IMG/VR virus record: IMGVR_UViG_3300036857_000084
Span: 1-56,265 of that record
From: a virus
Taxonomy: Duplodnaviria; Caudoviricetes
Reading direction: 5' to 3' (one strand)
DNA length: 56,265 nt
Shown: in pieces, positions 34,585 through 43,661 of the stretch
Position numbering within the stretch: position 1 is the first letter of the stretch
Layout: each line of letters begins with the position of its first letter
Translations under genes and position numbers: made by a program
The notes under the pieces: generated by a model
The model's database searches: none
Told to the model about the DNA's origin: nothing
Seen by the model: the letters and a program-made list of their open reading frames with translations, nothing else

Positions 34585-37500
34585 TGGCCGGTAGCGATCA
34601 TGGAATTCAGAAGGGCTTGGAGGCGCAGCTTGACGTCCATGGTCGCGTCAAGCTAGAGCCCGGCGGACATCACCACAAGCAGCCGAAGGGTGTCCGTCGG
34701 GCCGCGAACGGCAATCGTCAGCCGCAACGCTGGGTAAGCGTGCATCACCACTCGACGTTCAGCTACGGCGATGGGTTCGCATTGCCCGAGGCGCACGTGC
34801 GCCGCGCGACTGAACTCAACATGGGCGCAATCACGCTCACGGAGCACGGCAATATGTCCAGCCACGTCAAGCTGGAGGCCGCCGCTCAGAAGGCGGGGAT
34901 CAAGCCGATCTTTGGCGTTGAGACGTACTGTGGAGAAATCGATGAGGAGCACCGTGAGCAAAAGAAGAACCACCTCACGCTTCTGGCTGAGGATGAAGGA
35001 GGCTACAAGAACCTACTCACTCTGGTCTCAGAGTCCTACTCCAAGGGCTTCTACTACGAGCCAACAGTCGATGGACAGATGCTCTATGACCGTCGTGAAG
35101 GTCTGGTGGTGCTATCGGGTTGTCAAGGGAGCCTGCTATGTACCAGCCTCGTGGGCGGGAAGCTCATTGACCCCGAGTATGCCTCCTACGGACGCGGGCT
35201 GAAGGTCGCAGAGCGGTTCGGTCAAGCATTCCCCGGCTCGTATTATCTGGAGGTGCAAGCGTTCCCAGAACTCGACGTGACCTGTCGGTTGAATCCGATG
35301 ATTGAGCGTATTGCGCGGAAGTTGAGCCTGCCTCTTGTCGCAACTCTCGATATCCACTACACGGCGCCAACGGACGCGGAGATTCAGAAGATACTCCATA
35401 ACGTTCGCCCTGGCGAAAAGCGCACGCTCGAAGACATGGAGCGTGACTGGGGCTACGAGGCGCCACTATGTCTCCCACTCTCTGATCGTGTTATCTATCG
35501 GCGACTCCGGCAGACCGGGCTCTCTCACAGAGCTTCGGTACAGGCGATCCTCAATGCCGAGGAACTAGCGCAGCGGTGTACGGTTGAGCTACCCAAGCTC
35601 CCTGACATCGAGTTCCCACTGCCGCCGGGATATGACTCAGCCCGCGAGTTGATGCGTGAATGGGTCAACGATGGTTGGACGTATCGCGGGATCCACCGAC
35701 TGCCTCCAAGCGAGCGGCGCAAGTACCAGGCACAGCTCGACAAAGAGATGGCCATCATCGAGCAGAAGAACTATGAAAACTACTTCCTCGTTGTTGCTGA
35801 CGGCGTGGTGTGGTGCAAGGAAAATGGGGTCTTCGTTGGACCCGCTCGCGGTTCAGCTGCAGCATCACTGGTCGCCTTCCTTCTCAGAATTACTGAGGTC
35901 AATCCGCTCGTCCACACGAACCTGGTCTTTGAGCGGTTCATTGACGAGAGCCGTCCGGACCTGCCAGATATCGACATCGATTTGGACGCTGAGACGCGCT
36001 GGCGTCTACGTGAGTACCTCGCTGGAAAGTACGGCGAGTGCTACAACGTTGGAACATTTGTCTACTACAAGTCCAGGAACGCACTCGACGATGTGGCGCG
36101 CGTGTTTAGAGTTCCAAAGTGGGAAGTCGATGTGATCAAGGGTCAATTGATCGAGCGGTCGTCTGGCGACTTGCGGTCGAGTGCGACAATCGAGGACACA
36201 GTTGACCAGTTCCCGGAATCCAAGAAAGTCATCGAGCAATACCCTGACCTTCGTCGAGCGCAGGATCTTGAGGGAAACATCAAGGGCTTTGGAGTACATG
36301 CCGCAGGTCTTGTTGTCGGTAACGTCCGCAATGTCGCGCCTGTCATCAAGCGCAAGATCAACGGACGTGAAGTTGAAGTCGTTGCTATTGATAAGTGGGA
36401 CGCGGAGCGACAAGGACTCCTGAAGATGGACTACCTCGGCCTCAAGGCGATGACCATGATCAACAACGCCCGACTGGAGCTTGGGCTGACCATGGATGAC
36501 CTTTACAACTTGCCGCTTGACGATGAGCCGATGATTGACGTCTTTCGCCGGGGTGACGTCATTGGGATCTTCCAGTTCGAGGGACAAGCCGTGCGCCTTC
36601 TGAACTCGCAGATCAAACCGGACAACTTCGATGAGATCTGCGATGTTACCTCGCTGGCCCGACCGGGACCGCTCCACAACGGCGCCGCTGAGGCATATAT
36701 GAACATCAAGGCCGGCACTGGTCAGCCCGAGCTATGGCATCCGGCCGTGGATCGAATCGTTCAAGACACGAAGTATCAGATCATCTACCAAGAGCAAATC
36801 CTACGCATCGTGAGGGAGATAGGCAACTTTGACTGGACCGCTGCCGCCTACATCCGCAAGATCATTTCCAAGAAACTCGGCGACCAAGAGTTCAACCGAC
36901 AGAAGTCACGATTCATGGAGGGCGCTGCAACCATTCATGAGCGTCATCCGGACATGCCGCCGTTGCCAATCAGTGTTGCGGAGCGTGTCTGGGGATCGTG
37001 CATCACGTCGGGATCGTACGCCTTCAACTTCGCGCACGCGTGCGGGTACGGCAAGATCAGCTGCATCACAGCGTGGCTGAAGGCTCATCATGAAGCGGTA
37101 TTCTTTGCTTGCAATCTCGCCGCACACGATGACGATTGGCGGCGCAACACCCTCATCCGTGATGCTATTCGACACGGAATCGAGGTTAGACCACCCAGCG
37201 TCCGCCGGTCGGGCAGGACGTGGAGGATGGTTCGCCGTAACAACGGTGGACGACCTGCTGTGCGGATGGGTTTTGAACAACTCCCTGGTATTGGGGAAAA
37301 GATGGCTACACGGATCTTGGAAGTCCGTGGCGAGAGGGGCAAGGAGCACGGCTGGGTGAATTGGGGTGATATGATCACAGTCCCTGGGATCGGTCCCGCC
37401 AAGCTTCAAAACATCACCGACTTTGTCGAGCGAGATGATCCATTCGGAGTGTTCGACGCCGACCGGCGCATTGAGGAGGCCAAAGAGGCACTCTGGAAGT

Positions 37501-37910
37501 TCCACATCCCACGCCCGACACATCGCAGCATTGATGTGCCCTACGAGAAGGGCAAGCAGGTGGCCGTGACTTGGATGGGAGTTGTACGGCAGCGCAACCT
37601 GCGAGACTTGTTTGAGGTCAATGCCCGCATGGGCAAAGAGATTGACCCTGAGAAGATCAAGGATCCAGAGCTGAGCGAGTTCATGTTGCTTGTCTGCGAG
37701 GACGAGGAAGACATGATGCGCCTCCGCATTGACCGTTACAAGTATCCGCACTTCAAGGATGCGCTCTGGAATCTCGAACTGGACGAGGACGTGATCTGGG
37801 CGCAGGGCTTCAAGCCGAGCTATCGTTCGGCCAGAGAGATCGTCGTGACTCGACTCGTGGTGATCGAAGTTGGCGACCGTCGCGACGAGGCTGAAGATGA
37901 AGAGTCGTGA
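34584..37910 (+). CDS. dnaE: DNA polymerase III alpha subunit (family C)
   Basis: PHP motifs HHHSTFS.GDG, TEHG, HLTLLA; GPARGSAA, FERF, PDIDID, HAAG, KMDYLGL, RPGP, YQEQ, YAFN.AH. Confidence 0.96.
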   Translation: MAGSDHGIQKGLEAQLDVHGRVKLEPGGHHHKQPKGVRRAANGNRQPQRWVSVHHHSTFSYGDGFALPEAHVRRATELNMGAITLTEHGNMSSHVKLEAAAQKAGIKPIFGVETYCGEIDEEHREQKKNHLTLLAEDEGGYKNLLTLVSESYSKGFYYEPTVDGQMLYDRREGLVVLSGCQGSLLCTSLVGGKLIDPEYASYGRGLKVAERFGQAFPGSYYLEVQAFPELDVTCRLNPMIERIARKLSLPLVATLDIHYTAPTDAEIQKILHNVRPGEKRTLEDMERDWGYEAPLCLPLSDRVIYRRLRQTGLSHRASVQAILNAEELAQRCTVELPKLPDIEFPLPPGYDSARELMREWVNDGWTYRGIHRLPPSERRKYQAQLDKEMAIIEQKNYENYFLVVADGVVWCKENGVFVGPARGSAAASLVAFLLRITEVNPLVHTNLVFERFIDESRPDLPDIDIDLDAETRWRLREYLAGKYGECYNVGTFVYYKSRNALDDVARVFRVPKWEVDVIKGQLIERSSGDLRSSATIEDTVDQFPESKKVIEQYPDLRRAQDLEGNIKGFGVHAAGLVVGNVRNVAPVIKRKINGREVEVVAIDKWDAERQGLLKMDYLGLKAMTMINNARLELGLTMDDLYNLPLDDEPMIDVFRRGDVIGIFQFEGQAVRLLNSQIKPDNFDEICDVTSLARPGPLHNGAAEAYMNIKAGTGQPELWHPAVDRIVQDTKYQIIYQEQILRIVREIGNFDWTAAAYIRKIISKKLGDQEFNRQKSRFMEGAATIHERHPDMPPLPISVAERVWGSCITSGSYAFNFAHACGYGKISCITAWLKAHHEAVFFACNLAAHDDDWRRNTLIRDAIRHGIEVRPPSVRRSGRTWRMVRRNNGGRPAVRMGFEQLPGIGEKMATRILEVRGERGKEHGWVNWGDMITVPGIGPAKLQNITDFVERDDPFGVFDADRRIEEAKEALWKFHIPRPTHRSIDVPYEKGKQVAVTWMGVVRQRNLRDLFEVNARMGKEIDPEKIKDPELSEFMLLVCEDEEDMMRLRIDRYKYPHFKDALWNLELDEDVIWAQGFKPSYRSAREIVVTRLVVIEVGDRRDEAEDEES

Positions 37911-38382
37911 TGTTCGACTTCAGGACTCGGTCATCTGCGGTCGCAAGAATTGTACCAATTGCGGTCGCTGGCGTCACGCCTATGAATTCAACTACGAGCG
38001 GCGGGGCACTACCTACTACATGCGCTCTGAGTGTCGGCCCTGTGCGCGACGACGGCGCAGAGAGTGGTATCAGAAGCTCAGCCCCGTCCGCAAACAGAAG
38101 TTGCACGCAATCGAGCGACAGTCACGGCTGCGCCGGAACGGTAGCGACAAGGTCGATGCGTGGCCAGTTCGCCGCTGGCTCATCATCAAGATCAACGATG
38201 GCTGGGCCATCAGAGAACTGGCAGAGGAATTGGGTTTGACTCCGGATGAAGTCGTCGATCTGGCGAGAGGCTACAGAGAGGAAAGCTGGGCTTGTGACAT
38301 TGTGCCTATCAGAACGGTTGAGAAGCGGTTGATGTTGCGATTTGTTGAGATCGCTTCGATGCGGCGCGAGTCACTCAAATGA
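37897..38382 (+). CDS. Zn-finger + HTH protein
   Basis: CTNC...CRPC; WAIRELAEELGLTPDEV. Confidence 0.6.
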   Translation: MKSRDVRLQDSVICGRKNCTNCGRWRHAYEFNYERRGTTYYMRSECRPCARRRRREWYQKLSPVRKQKLHAIERQSRLRRNGSDKVDAWPVRRWLIIKINDGWAIRELAEELGLTPDEVVDLARGYREESWACDIVPIRTVEKRLMLRFVEIASMRRESLK

Positions 38383-38648
38383 GTCAAGACCCTGACGACC
38401 ATACTTACCTGGCCCCCGAGGGCCGAGCGTGGGACAGATGCGTCCACTGCGGACTGGCACAATCGGCGCATCTAGATATAGGCATCCCGTACGAGCCAGA
38501 TGCTCGACGGGCAAACGATCAGGAGGTTCCAGATGGCGGACGAATCATCAGGGAAGGAAGTGCAGCGGTACGCAGACGAGGCGATGTTCGAGGCGGCGCC
38601 GATGAAGAGCAAGATGCCGAGGGCGTTCCTCCTGTGGATGACGCCTGA
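38379..38648 (+). CDS. Hypothetical protein (overlaps thyX start)
   Basis: H.Y...CVHCG....H motif; ATGA coupling. Confidence 0.45.
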   Translation: MSQDPDDHTYLAPEGRAWDRCVHCGLAQSAHLDIGIPYEPDARRANDQEVPDGGRIIREGSAAVRRRGDVRGGADEEQDAEGVPPVDDA

Positions 38649-39408
38649 CCCGCTTGGGGCCATAGCTGCCGGCTGTCGGATGTACGAGGGCAAGCCGACA
38701 TACAATCTCTACGACATCACTGACGACGAGCGTAGGCACTACTGGGAGCAGGTCCAGCAGACGCATCTGCAAGCTCCGTTGGAGCTTGTGAAGTTCCACT
38801 TCTTCATCGAGGGCGTGGACCGGGCGCTGACCCATCAGATGGTTCGACAGCGCACAGCGGTCTACATGCAGGAGTCGATGCGCTTCGCGGTCAAGAACAA
38901 TCTCGCAGAAGAGACCAGCAAGCCGCCCGGTCTGCTCAACAACGTCAAGTTCACCAAGGTCTGGGAGGACACGCTCAACTACGTCGAAGCCACGTACAAC
39001 TGGCTCGTTGCGAACGGGATGCCGGCAGAGGACGCACGCGGTCTGCTACCGCACGCCACTCTGACGCGGCTGAACTACTGCACGGATCTGCGCAACCTGA
39101 TGGAGCACGCGGGCAACCGACTCTGTACGCAGGCGCAGTTCCACTGGCGGTTCCTGTTCGCTTCGATCGTAATGGCGATCCGCGAGTACGGCATCGACAA
39201 CTTCGACTCCAACGGTGAGTCGCTGGCCTGGCAGTTCGATCTGATCGCAGGGTCGGAGTTGTTCCGTCCGGTCTGCTACCGGCTCAAGCGCTGTCCGTTC
39301 TTGGCCGAGTTCGACCGCAAGTGCAAGATCCGTGAGCGCGTTGGCCGTGGCGCCTTTGACGACATTGACGCGGCTGAGTGGATGCTCGATCCGGGGGCAG
39401 CCCGGTAG
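38533..39408 (+). CDS. thyX: Flavin-dependent thymidylate synthase ThyX-like
   Basis: PLE.V.F.F.IEGV.RA.THQ.VRQR....QES.RF; G.PAEDAR.LLP; RLC..AQ; AGGAGG RBS. Confidence 0.88.
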   Translation: MADESSGKEVQRYADEAMFEAAPMKSKMPRAFLLWMTPDPLGAIAAGCRMYEGKPTYNLYDITDDERRHYWEQVQQTHLQAPLELVKFHFFIEGVDRALTHQMVRQRTAVYMQESMRFAVKNNLAEETSKPPGLLNNVKFTKVWEDTLNYVEATYNWLVANGMPAEDARGLLPHATLTRLNYCTDLRNLMEHAGNRLCTQAQFHWRFLFASIVMAIREYGIDNFDSNGESLAWQFDLIAGSELFRPVCYRLKRCPFLAEFDRKCKIRERVGRGAFDDIDAAEWMLDPGAAR

Positions 39409-39455
39409 CAGAGAACTGGCTGTGTTTTTGAATCTGCAAATGCGTGGAGGTAGTT

Positions 39456-39884
39456 GTGACTGACGAAGACGAAGTGACGATCTCAAGCATCGTCGCGCTC
39501 CAACAGATCGTTCACGAGAACTCAGCCCGCCACGGGTTCTGGGAGCCGTGGGACGACGCACAGTGGTTGGAAGAGTTCGCGGTTCACCTCAAGAACTCAG
39601 CCGTGGGGATGGCGACTGATAACTACAACCGTATCCTCAAGATCGCTAAGGAGCACCGCGTCATGCTCCTAGCTACCAAGCTGATGCTTATGGTCAGCGA
39701 AGTGTCCGAGGCGCTCGAAGCTCTGCGCGACGAGGATCCACTCAACTTCAACGAGGAGTTGATCGACAACCTGATCCGTACGCTCGACACTCTGGCGAAG
39801 GTTCAAGCTCCAACAACAGCGATTCTTGCCGACAAGATCGCGAAGAACAGCGAGCGGGGCTACAAGCACGGCAGGTCATTCTGA
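39456..39884 (+). CDS. MazG-like nucleotide pyrophosphohydrolase
   Basis: HGFW; KLMLMVSEVSEALEALR...EEL.D..IR.LD; K..KN..RGYKHG. Confidence 0.85.
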   Translation: MTDEDEVTISSIVALQQIVHENSARHGFWEPWDDAQWLEEFAVHLKNSAVGMATDNYNRILKIAKEHRVMLLATKLMLMVSEVSEALEALRDEDPLNFNEELIDNLIRTLDTLAKVQAPTTAILADKIAKNSERGYKHGRSF

Positions 39885-40066
39885 TGCAGTGGGTGATTAT
39901 CTGTATTGATTGGAGTGCGCCCAATGTGGTAGAGAAGGACATGACCAAGGAGCAAGCAGAGCAAGGGGCCGAGATGTATGATGAGATGGCACTCAGGTGC
40001 ATCGCGGTCCGTGAAGATGACCCAAGGGTTCGGTATGACTCGAAAGCGGGACGACGAGCCACTTGA
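39884..40066 (+). CDS. Hypothetical protein
   Basis: TGATG coupling. Confidence 0.5.
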   Translation: MQWVIICIDWSAPNVVEKDMTKEQAEQGAEMYDEMALRCIAVREDDPRVRYDSKAGRRAT

Positions 40067-40316
40067 GACGCTACGCGAAAGCATCCTCAAGTTGCTTGCG
40101 CACGAAGACTTGACCGCGAGGGCACTGGCGCGGTTGCTGCATCAGCCCGAGGCGGTTATGAAATCGACGCTCGCGGCCATGACTTTCAAGAACAACGAGA
40201 TCTGTTGCAAGAAGGTGATGGGTCTCGTTGTGTATTATATTGGGGAACCACCAAAGGCTTTCTGGGAGGTCAAGGACCAAACGGGACATAACCTGCCTCG
40301 TCCCCGCTCCGGGTGA
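40035..40316 (+). CDS. Winged-helix DNA-binding protein
   Basis: ILKLL....LTARALARLL......MKSTL..M...followed by beta wing. Confidence 0.6.
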   Translation: MTRKRDDEPLETLRESILKLLAHEDLTARALARLLHQPEAVMKSTLAAMTFKNNEICCKKVMGLVVYYIGEPPKAFWEVKDQTGHNLPRPRSG

Positions 40317-40401
40317 CCGTGCCCTATTCTCGTCGGTTAGGTGCGGTCGGTCCTCGGAAGCCGGGAGAAGATGGTTCTGGCATGTTAGCGGATGGATTTA
40401 T
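40308..40401 (-). repeat. 94-bp dispersed element, copy B (inverted)
   Basis: Reverse complement aligns ungapped to 20789-20882. Confidence 0.8.
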
Positions 40402-40440
40402 AGGAGGGTCGGCGCGCGCGGTCGCGTCGGGACTGTGAAG

Positions 40441-40704
40441 ATGTTAGACGATGAAACTTACCATATGATCTCAGAGCTGCCAGACGATGTGTTGTCGCGG
40501 CTCGGTCGGAATCAACCAGACAAGATCCGCACACGTTGGCAGAACAAACTGCTTGATGCAGGAGTGCTGTATCAGCGTGAGCGAGGCGACCGCTTGATAG
40601 TTACGCGCGAGGCAGAATTTGCCGTGGCGGAGATATTCCACAAGCGGTTTGTGAAGGGAGGCAGGATCGCACGCGGGCGACCAGGAGGTTGGAAGAGTGG
40701 CTAG
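40441..40704 (+). CDS. Hypothetical protein
   Basis: ORF after the element; overlaps the next gene. Confidence 0.5.
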   Translation: MLDDETYHMISELPDDVLSRLGRNQPDKIRTRWQNKLLDAGVLYQRERGDRLIVTREAEFAVAEIFHKRFVKGGRIARGRPGGWKSG

Positions 40705-40924
40705 GAAGAAGCTCAGAAGGAACATGCTCTTCAATATGCGGCAGAGCATCTACAAGCCGTCAGTAGACAAGATCGTGTCAGCGTTCGATGACCTCCCCGA
40801 GGATCACGCGATCTTGGACTACACGTTCATTGATGGTGACTGGATTTTCCGAGTTCGCATCAATGATGACAAGGCTGACTCCGGCTCGATCCATCTGTAT
40901 TGGGCGGCCAAGCAAGGAAGGTGA
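40697..40924 (+). CDS. Hypothetical protein
   Basis: AGGAGG RBS. Confidence 0.55.
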   Translation: MARKKLRRNMLFNMRQSIYKPSVDKIVSAFDDLPEDHAILDYTFIDGDWIFRVRINDDKADSGSIHLYWAAKQGR

Positions 40925-40928
40925 TGGC

Positions 40929-41468
40929 GTGGTTGGGATCATTGGCGTTGATGCCGGAGTAACGACAGGACTGGCCTCTGGCATCTTCAGCCCCGAGCTA
41001 CGGGATCGCACAGGGATCTGGAATGCGCTCTCCAAGGGTCGTGGTTACGACTGGACTCAGATCATCGCGCCGAGCGGCGATACAACAGACTCGGGACTGA
41101 TCGTGACGACTGCGATCCTCGACCGCATCGCGGACTGGAACATCAAGGGCCTCGGCACTCGCGATGTGATAGTCGTAGTTGAGGACTTTCGAGTGCGCTC
41201 GAATCTCATGGGTGGTTCGGGTCGCGACAAGCTCGCGCCTGTGTTCATATCCGGGATGCTTGCCGGCGCGCTCGCGGGTGCTGGCTGGGGCCGAACGATG
41301 ACGTACATAGATGCATCTGTCACCATGTCGTTCGCAACCGACGACCGGCTCAAGCGCTGGGCTTACTACATGGGACCTAAGCGCAAGCGCGCTGGTTGGA
41401 TCCCCGGCAGACCGCATGCCACTGATGCGTGGCGACTCGTCGCAACAGGACTTCAGAGTGTCCCCTAG
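40929..41468 (+). CDS. RuvC-like Holliday junction resolvase
   Basis: IGVDAG.TTG, VVEDF, HATDA acidic triad. Confidence 0.8.
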   Translation: MVGIIGVDAGVTTGLASGIFSPELRDRTGIWNALSKGRGYDWTQIIAPSGDTTDSGLIVTTAILDRIADWNIKGLGTRDVIVVVEDFRVRSNLMGGSGRDKLAPVFISGMLAGALAGAGWGRTMTYIDASVTMSFATDDRLKRWAYYMGPKRKRAGWIPGRPHATDAWRLVATGLQSVP

Positions 41469-41619
41469 CTACCAAGAGCGGATCATCAAACCGGCGTGGG
41501 GCCTCTATCGAGGCAACACCTTGATCGCAACCGTCCGGGCTGATAACAAGCGGCGCGCATTCTGGATCTTCCAGCAGGCGGGCTTCAGGTGCGGCATCGG
41601 TCAGATTCGCTCGCTCTGA
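41458..41619 (+). CDS. Hypothetical protein
   Basis: Short overlapping ORF ending before P3. Confidence 0.45.
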   Translation: MSPSYQERIIKPAWGLYRGNTLIATVRADNKRRAFWIFQQAGFRCGIGQIRSL

Positions 41620-41633
41620 ATTCACAGTGGACT

Positions 41634-41666
41634 CTTTAGGTTGCCTTTATGATTGTCTAGTATACT
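41634..41666 (+). promoter_or_regulatory. Promoter P3: CTTTAGG-N4-CTTTATG...TATACT
   Basis: Spacing identical to P1/P2; precedes the small-gene block. Confidence 0.78.
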
Positions 41667-41713
41667 CGGGCTACGCCCCGAGCGGGGACCAACACGAAAG
41701 ACTGGAGAACGAA

Positions 41714-42025
41714 GTGAGCTTTGGATATGACCCAGAAGTGCCTGTGGGTTACCAGGATGCCGACCTGGAGATGGCCGAGATGATGGCCGACTCCGCGCGG
41801 CTCGCGCAGCTGCGCCGGCAGGGGATTTGCTCCCACAGCTGGATGCTGGGCACGGGCAACAACGTGAACTACTCCGGCGATGAGATCGCGGAGATGCGTA
41901 CGCGCGGGTACTTCCCGGACAGGCCGACCGATCCGCGCATCGGCTGCCAGAACGACATCCCCCTCGACCAGCGCCTCTGCCTCGACTGCGGGGAGCTTAT
42001 TGACGATCCGCTGGTGCGTAGGTGA
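41714..42025 (+). CDS. Hypothetical Zn-binding protein
   Basis: GACTGGAG RBS; CSH...CLDCG. Confidence 0.62.
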   Translation: MSFGYDPEVPVGYQDADLEMAEMMADSARLAQLRRQGICSHSWMLGTGNNVNYSGDEIAEMRTRGYFPDRPTDPRIGCQNDIPLDQRLCLDCGELIDDPLVRR

Positions 42026-42285
42026 GGAGCCACGCCCAGGAGATACTGAGGATTCTCGCAATGGACGAAACCAAGATCATCACGACGGAGGACGGGGTCA
42101 CTCTCAGGGAGGGTGACCGCGCCTACAACTACTACGACATGAAGCCCGGCATGATCGAGGCGATTCACGAGGACGGCTGGTTCCGTTTCATCCAGGCTGG
42201 CGGCAACGCCTTCCTGAACGGCCAGCGTGTCTGCTCGATGGAGTTCGCGATCCGCCGAGGCTTCAAGGGAGCTGAGGATGCGTAG
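42022..42285 (+). CDS. Hypothetical protein (SH3-like; start may be 42061)
   Basis: LREGDRAYNYYD..PG.I beta-rich; coupled. Confidence 0.6.
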   Translation: MRSHAQEILRILAMDETKIITTEDGVTLREGDRAYNYYDMKPGMIEAIHEDGWFRFIQAGGNAFLNGQRVCSMEFAIRRGFKGAEDA

Positions 42286-42574
42286 CAACATCCAGTATGA
42301 CTGGACGCGGCTGCTCCTGAATCCGGATGCGCCCGACGCGGAGGACTGGACCATCTCGAAGGTGGGCTGGCCAGCTGAGTCGGGCGTCCGGTTCAGGACC
42401 GGCGGCGTGAACGGCCGCGACGCAAAGATGACGGCGGTGGGCAACCTCGCCGACATCTCCGAATGGGGCGTCGATGTGGCGCTCTACAACGACAAGGGCG
42501 AACTAATCGCCACCGCCCGATATGGGCTAGTACGACTGGAGAGTGACAACGATGCCTTTGAACACGCAGGTTGA
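42278..42574 (+). CDS. Hypothetical protein
   Basis: High GC3; coupled. Confidence 0.6.
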   Translation: MRSNIQYDWTRLLLNPDAPDAEDWTISKVGWPAESGVRFRTGGVNGRDAKMTAVGNLADISEWGVDVALYNDKGELIATARYGLVRLESDNDAFEHAG

Positions 42575-42890
42575 ACGCGACGGCGAAACGCTGTCGATTC
42601 CGTGGGGCCACTTCCACGTTGCGGCTATGGCCGTAGCGACGATGTACGAGCACCCTGAGATCTGGAAGGACGCTCGCCCCATCGAGGGCGTGATCGAGGA
42701 CTACCCGCTCGCGCCCATGCCGTTGACGCCGAGCGACGTGTTCCTCCTCGTGGACTACGGCGTCCTCGGCGCCATCTTCCCTGAGGGGTCCTACACCCTG
42801 AGGGACTCCCACGCGTTCATCGACACGACGGACGGCGAAATCTTCAGGCTCGAGCCTGGTGACGTTCTCCGGGTCTGGAGGGGGATGTGA
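42552..42890 (+). CDS. Hypothetical protein
   Basis: GACTGGAG RBS; high GC3. Confidence 0.6.
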   Translation: MPLNTQVERDGETLSIPWGHFHVAAMAVATMYEHPEIWKDARPIEGVIEDYPLAPMPLTPSDVFLLVDYGVLGAIFPEGSYTLRDSHAFIDTTDGEIFRLEPGDVLRVWRGM

Positions 42891-43042
42891 ACCTCCGCCG
42901 CCTCGCGTACACGATCTTGGAGCGGATCGACTACTGGCTCGATTGGCTGGACGACCGCTACCCGAACGTGCGCCCGTTTACCCACCTGATCTGGCCTCCC
43001 GGCAAGGTCTCGCATGGCGACTACCGGAGGCTCAAGTCATGA
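42887..43042 (+). CDS. Hypothetical protein (51 aa, MNLRRLAYTILERIDYWLDW...)
   Basis: GTGA/ATGA overlaps at both ends. Confidence 0.55.
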   Translation: MNLRRLAYTILERIDYWLDWLDDRYPNVRPFTHLIWPPGKVSHGDYRRLKS

Positions 43043-43212
43043 AGTTCTCTTTCGTCATCAACGTCGAGACCAAGAACGACGGGCTCACTCGCGACACAAC
43101 CGAGGATGAGCTTGCGACCATGCTCTTCGAGATGATCCACAAGAAGCTGCCTCGTGCGCCGTGGATCATTTCGATTGAGTTGTATGATCGGAAGCAGGTG
43201 GAAGGCGAATGA
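43039..43212 (+). CDS. Hypothetical protein
   Basis: GGAGG RBS; ATGA overlaps. Confidence 0.55.
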   Translation: MKFSFVINVETKNDGLTRDTTEDELATMLFEMIHKKLPRAPWIISIELYDRKQVEGE

Positions 43213-43652
43213 TCGTTCGAGCTTTCACTGGCCCTTCGACTCTGACTGAGGAGCAGATCGATGTGATCTGGGATCACGCGCTCGCGCTGCCTCAGCCGGA
43301 TGTGGCGCGGACGGGTCTGGCCTATGGCGTCGATTCGGTCGTGGCTGAGTGCATGTATCGGGAGTACCACGAGACCAAGCACTCGCTATTCAAGCCCGCC
43401 GCGCCGTACAACGACAAGCTGCTCGCCTGGCTGACGTCAGGCGCGCTCCCGAACAGGAAGGTCGAAGTCATTGACTGTCCCGAGCGGGAAGACAGGTCGT
43501 CGGCATACCGACGACGCAACGAGATGATGGTCCACAACGCAACGGAACTGGTTGCGTACGTGCGCGAGCCGGAGTTCTACAGATCCGGCGAATGGATGAC
43601 CATCAACATTGCCCGGCGCGAAGGCGTGCCGGTAACTATCTACACGATCTGA
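43209..43652 (+). CDS. SLOG-superfamily (DprA/YspA-like) protein
   Basis: AFTG, TGLAYGVD, RRRNEMMV....LVA, SG..MTI..ARR.G.PV. Confidence 0.78.
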   Translation: MIVRAFTGPSTLTEEQIDVIWDHALALPQPDVARTGLAYGVDSVVAECMYREYHETKHSLFKPAAPYNDKLLAWLTSGALPNRKVEVIDCPEREDRSSAYRRRNEMMVHNATELVAYVREPEFYRSGEWMTINIARREGVPVTIYTI

Positions 43653-43661
43653 GGAGATCAA

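Noticed and set aside
20887-40720. Shared MARKKxRR starts of ORFs 20887 and 40697 near the two 94-bp elements
   Set aside because: Similarity is confined to about 8 codons and MARK starts recur elsewhere; probably translation-initiation bias
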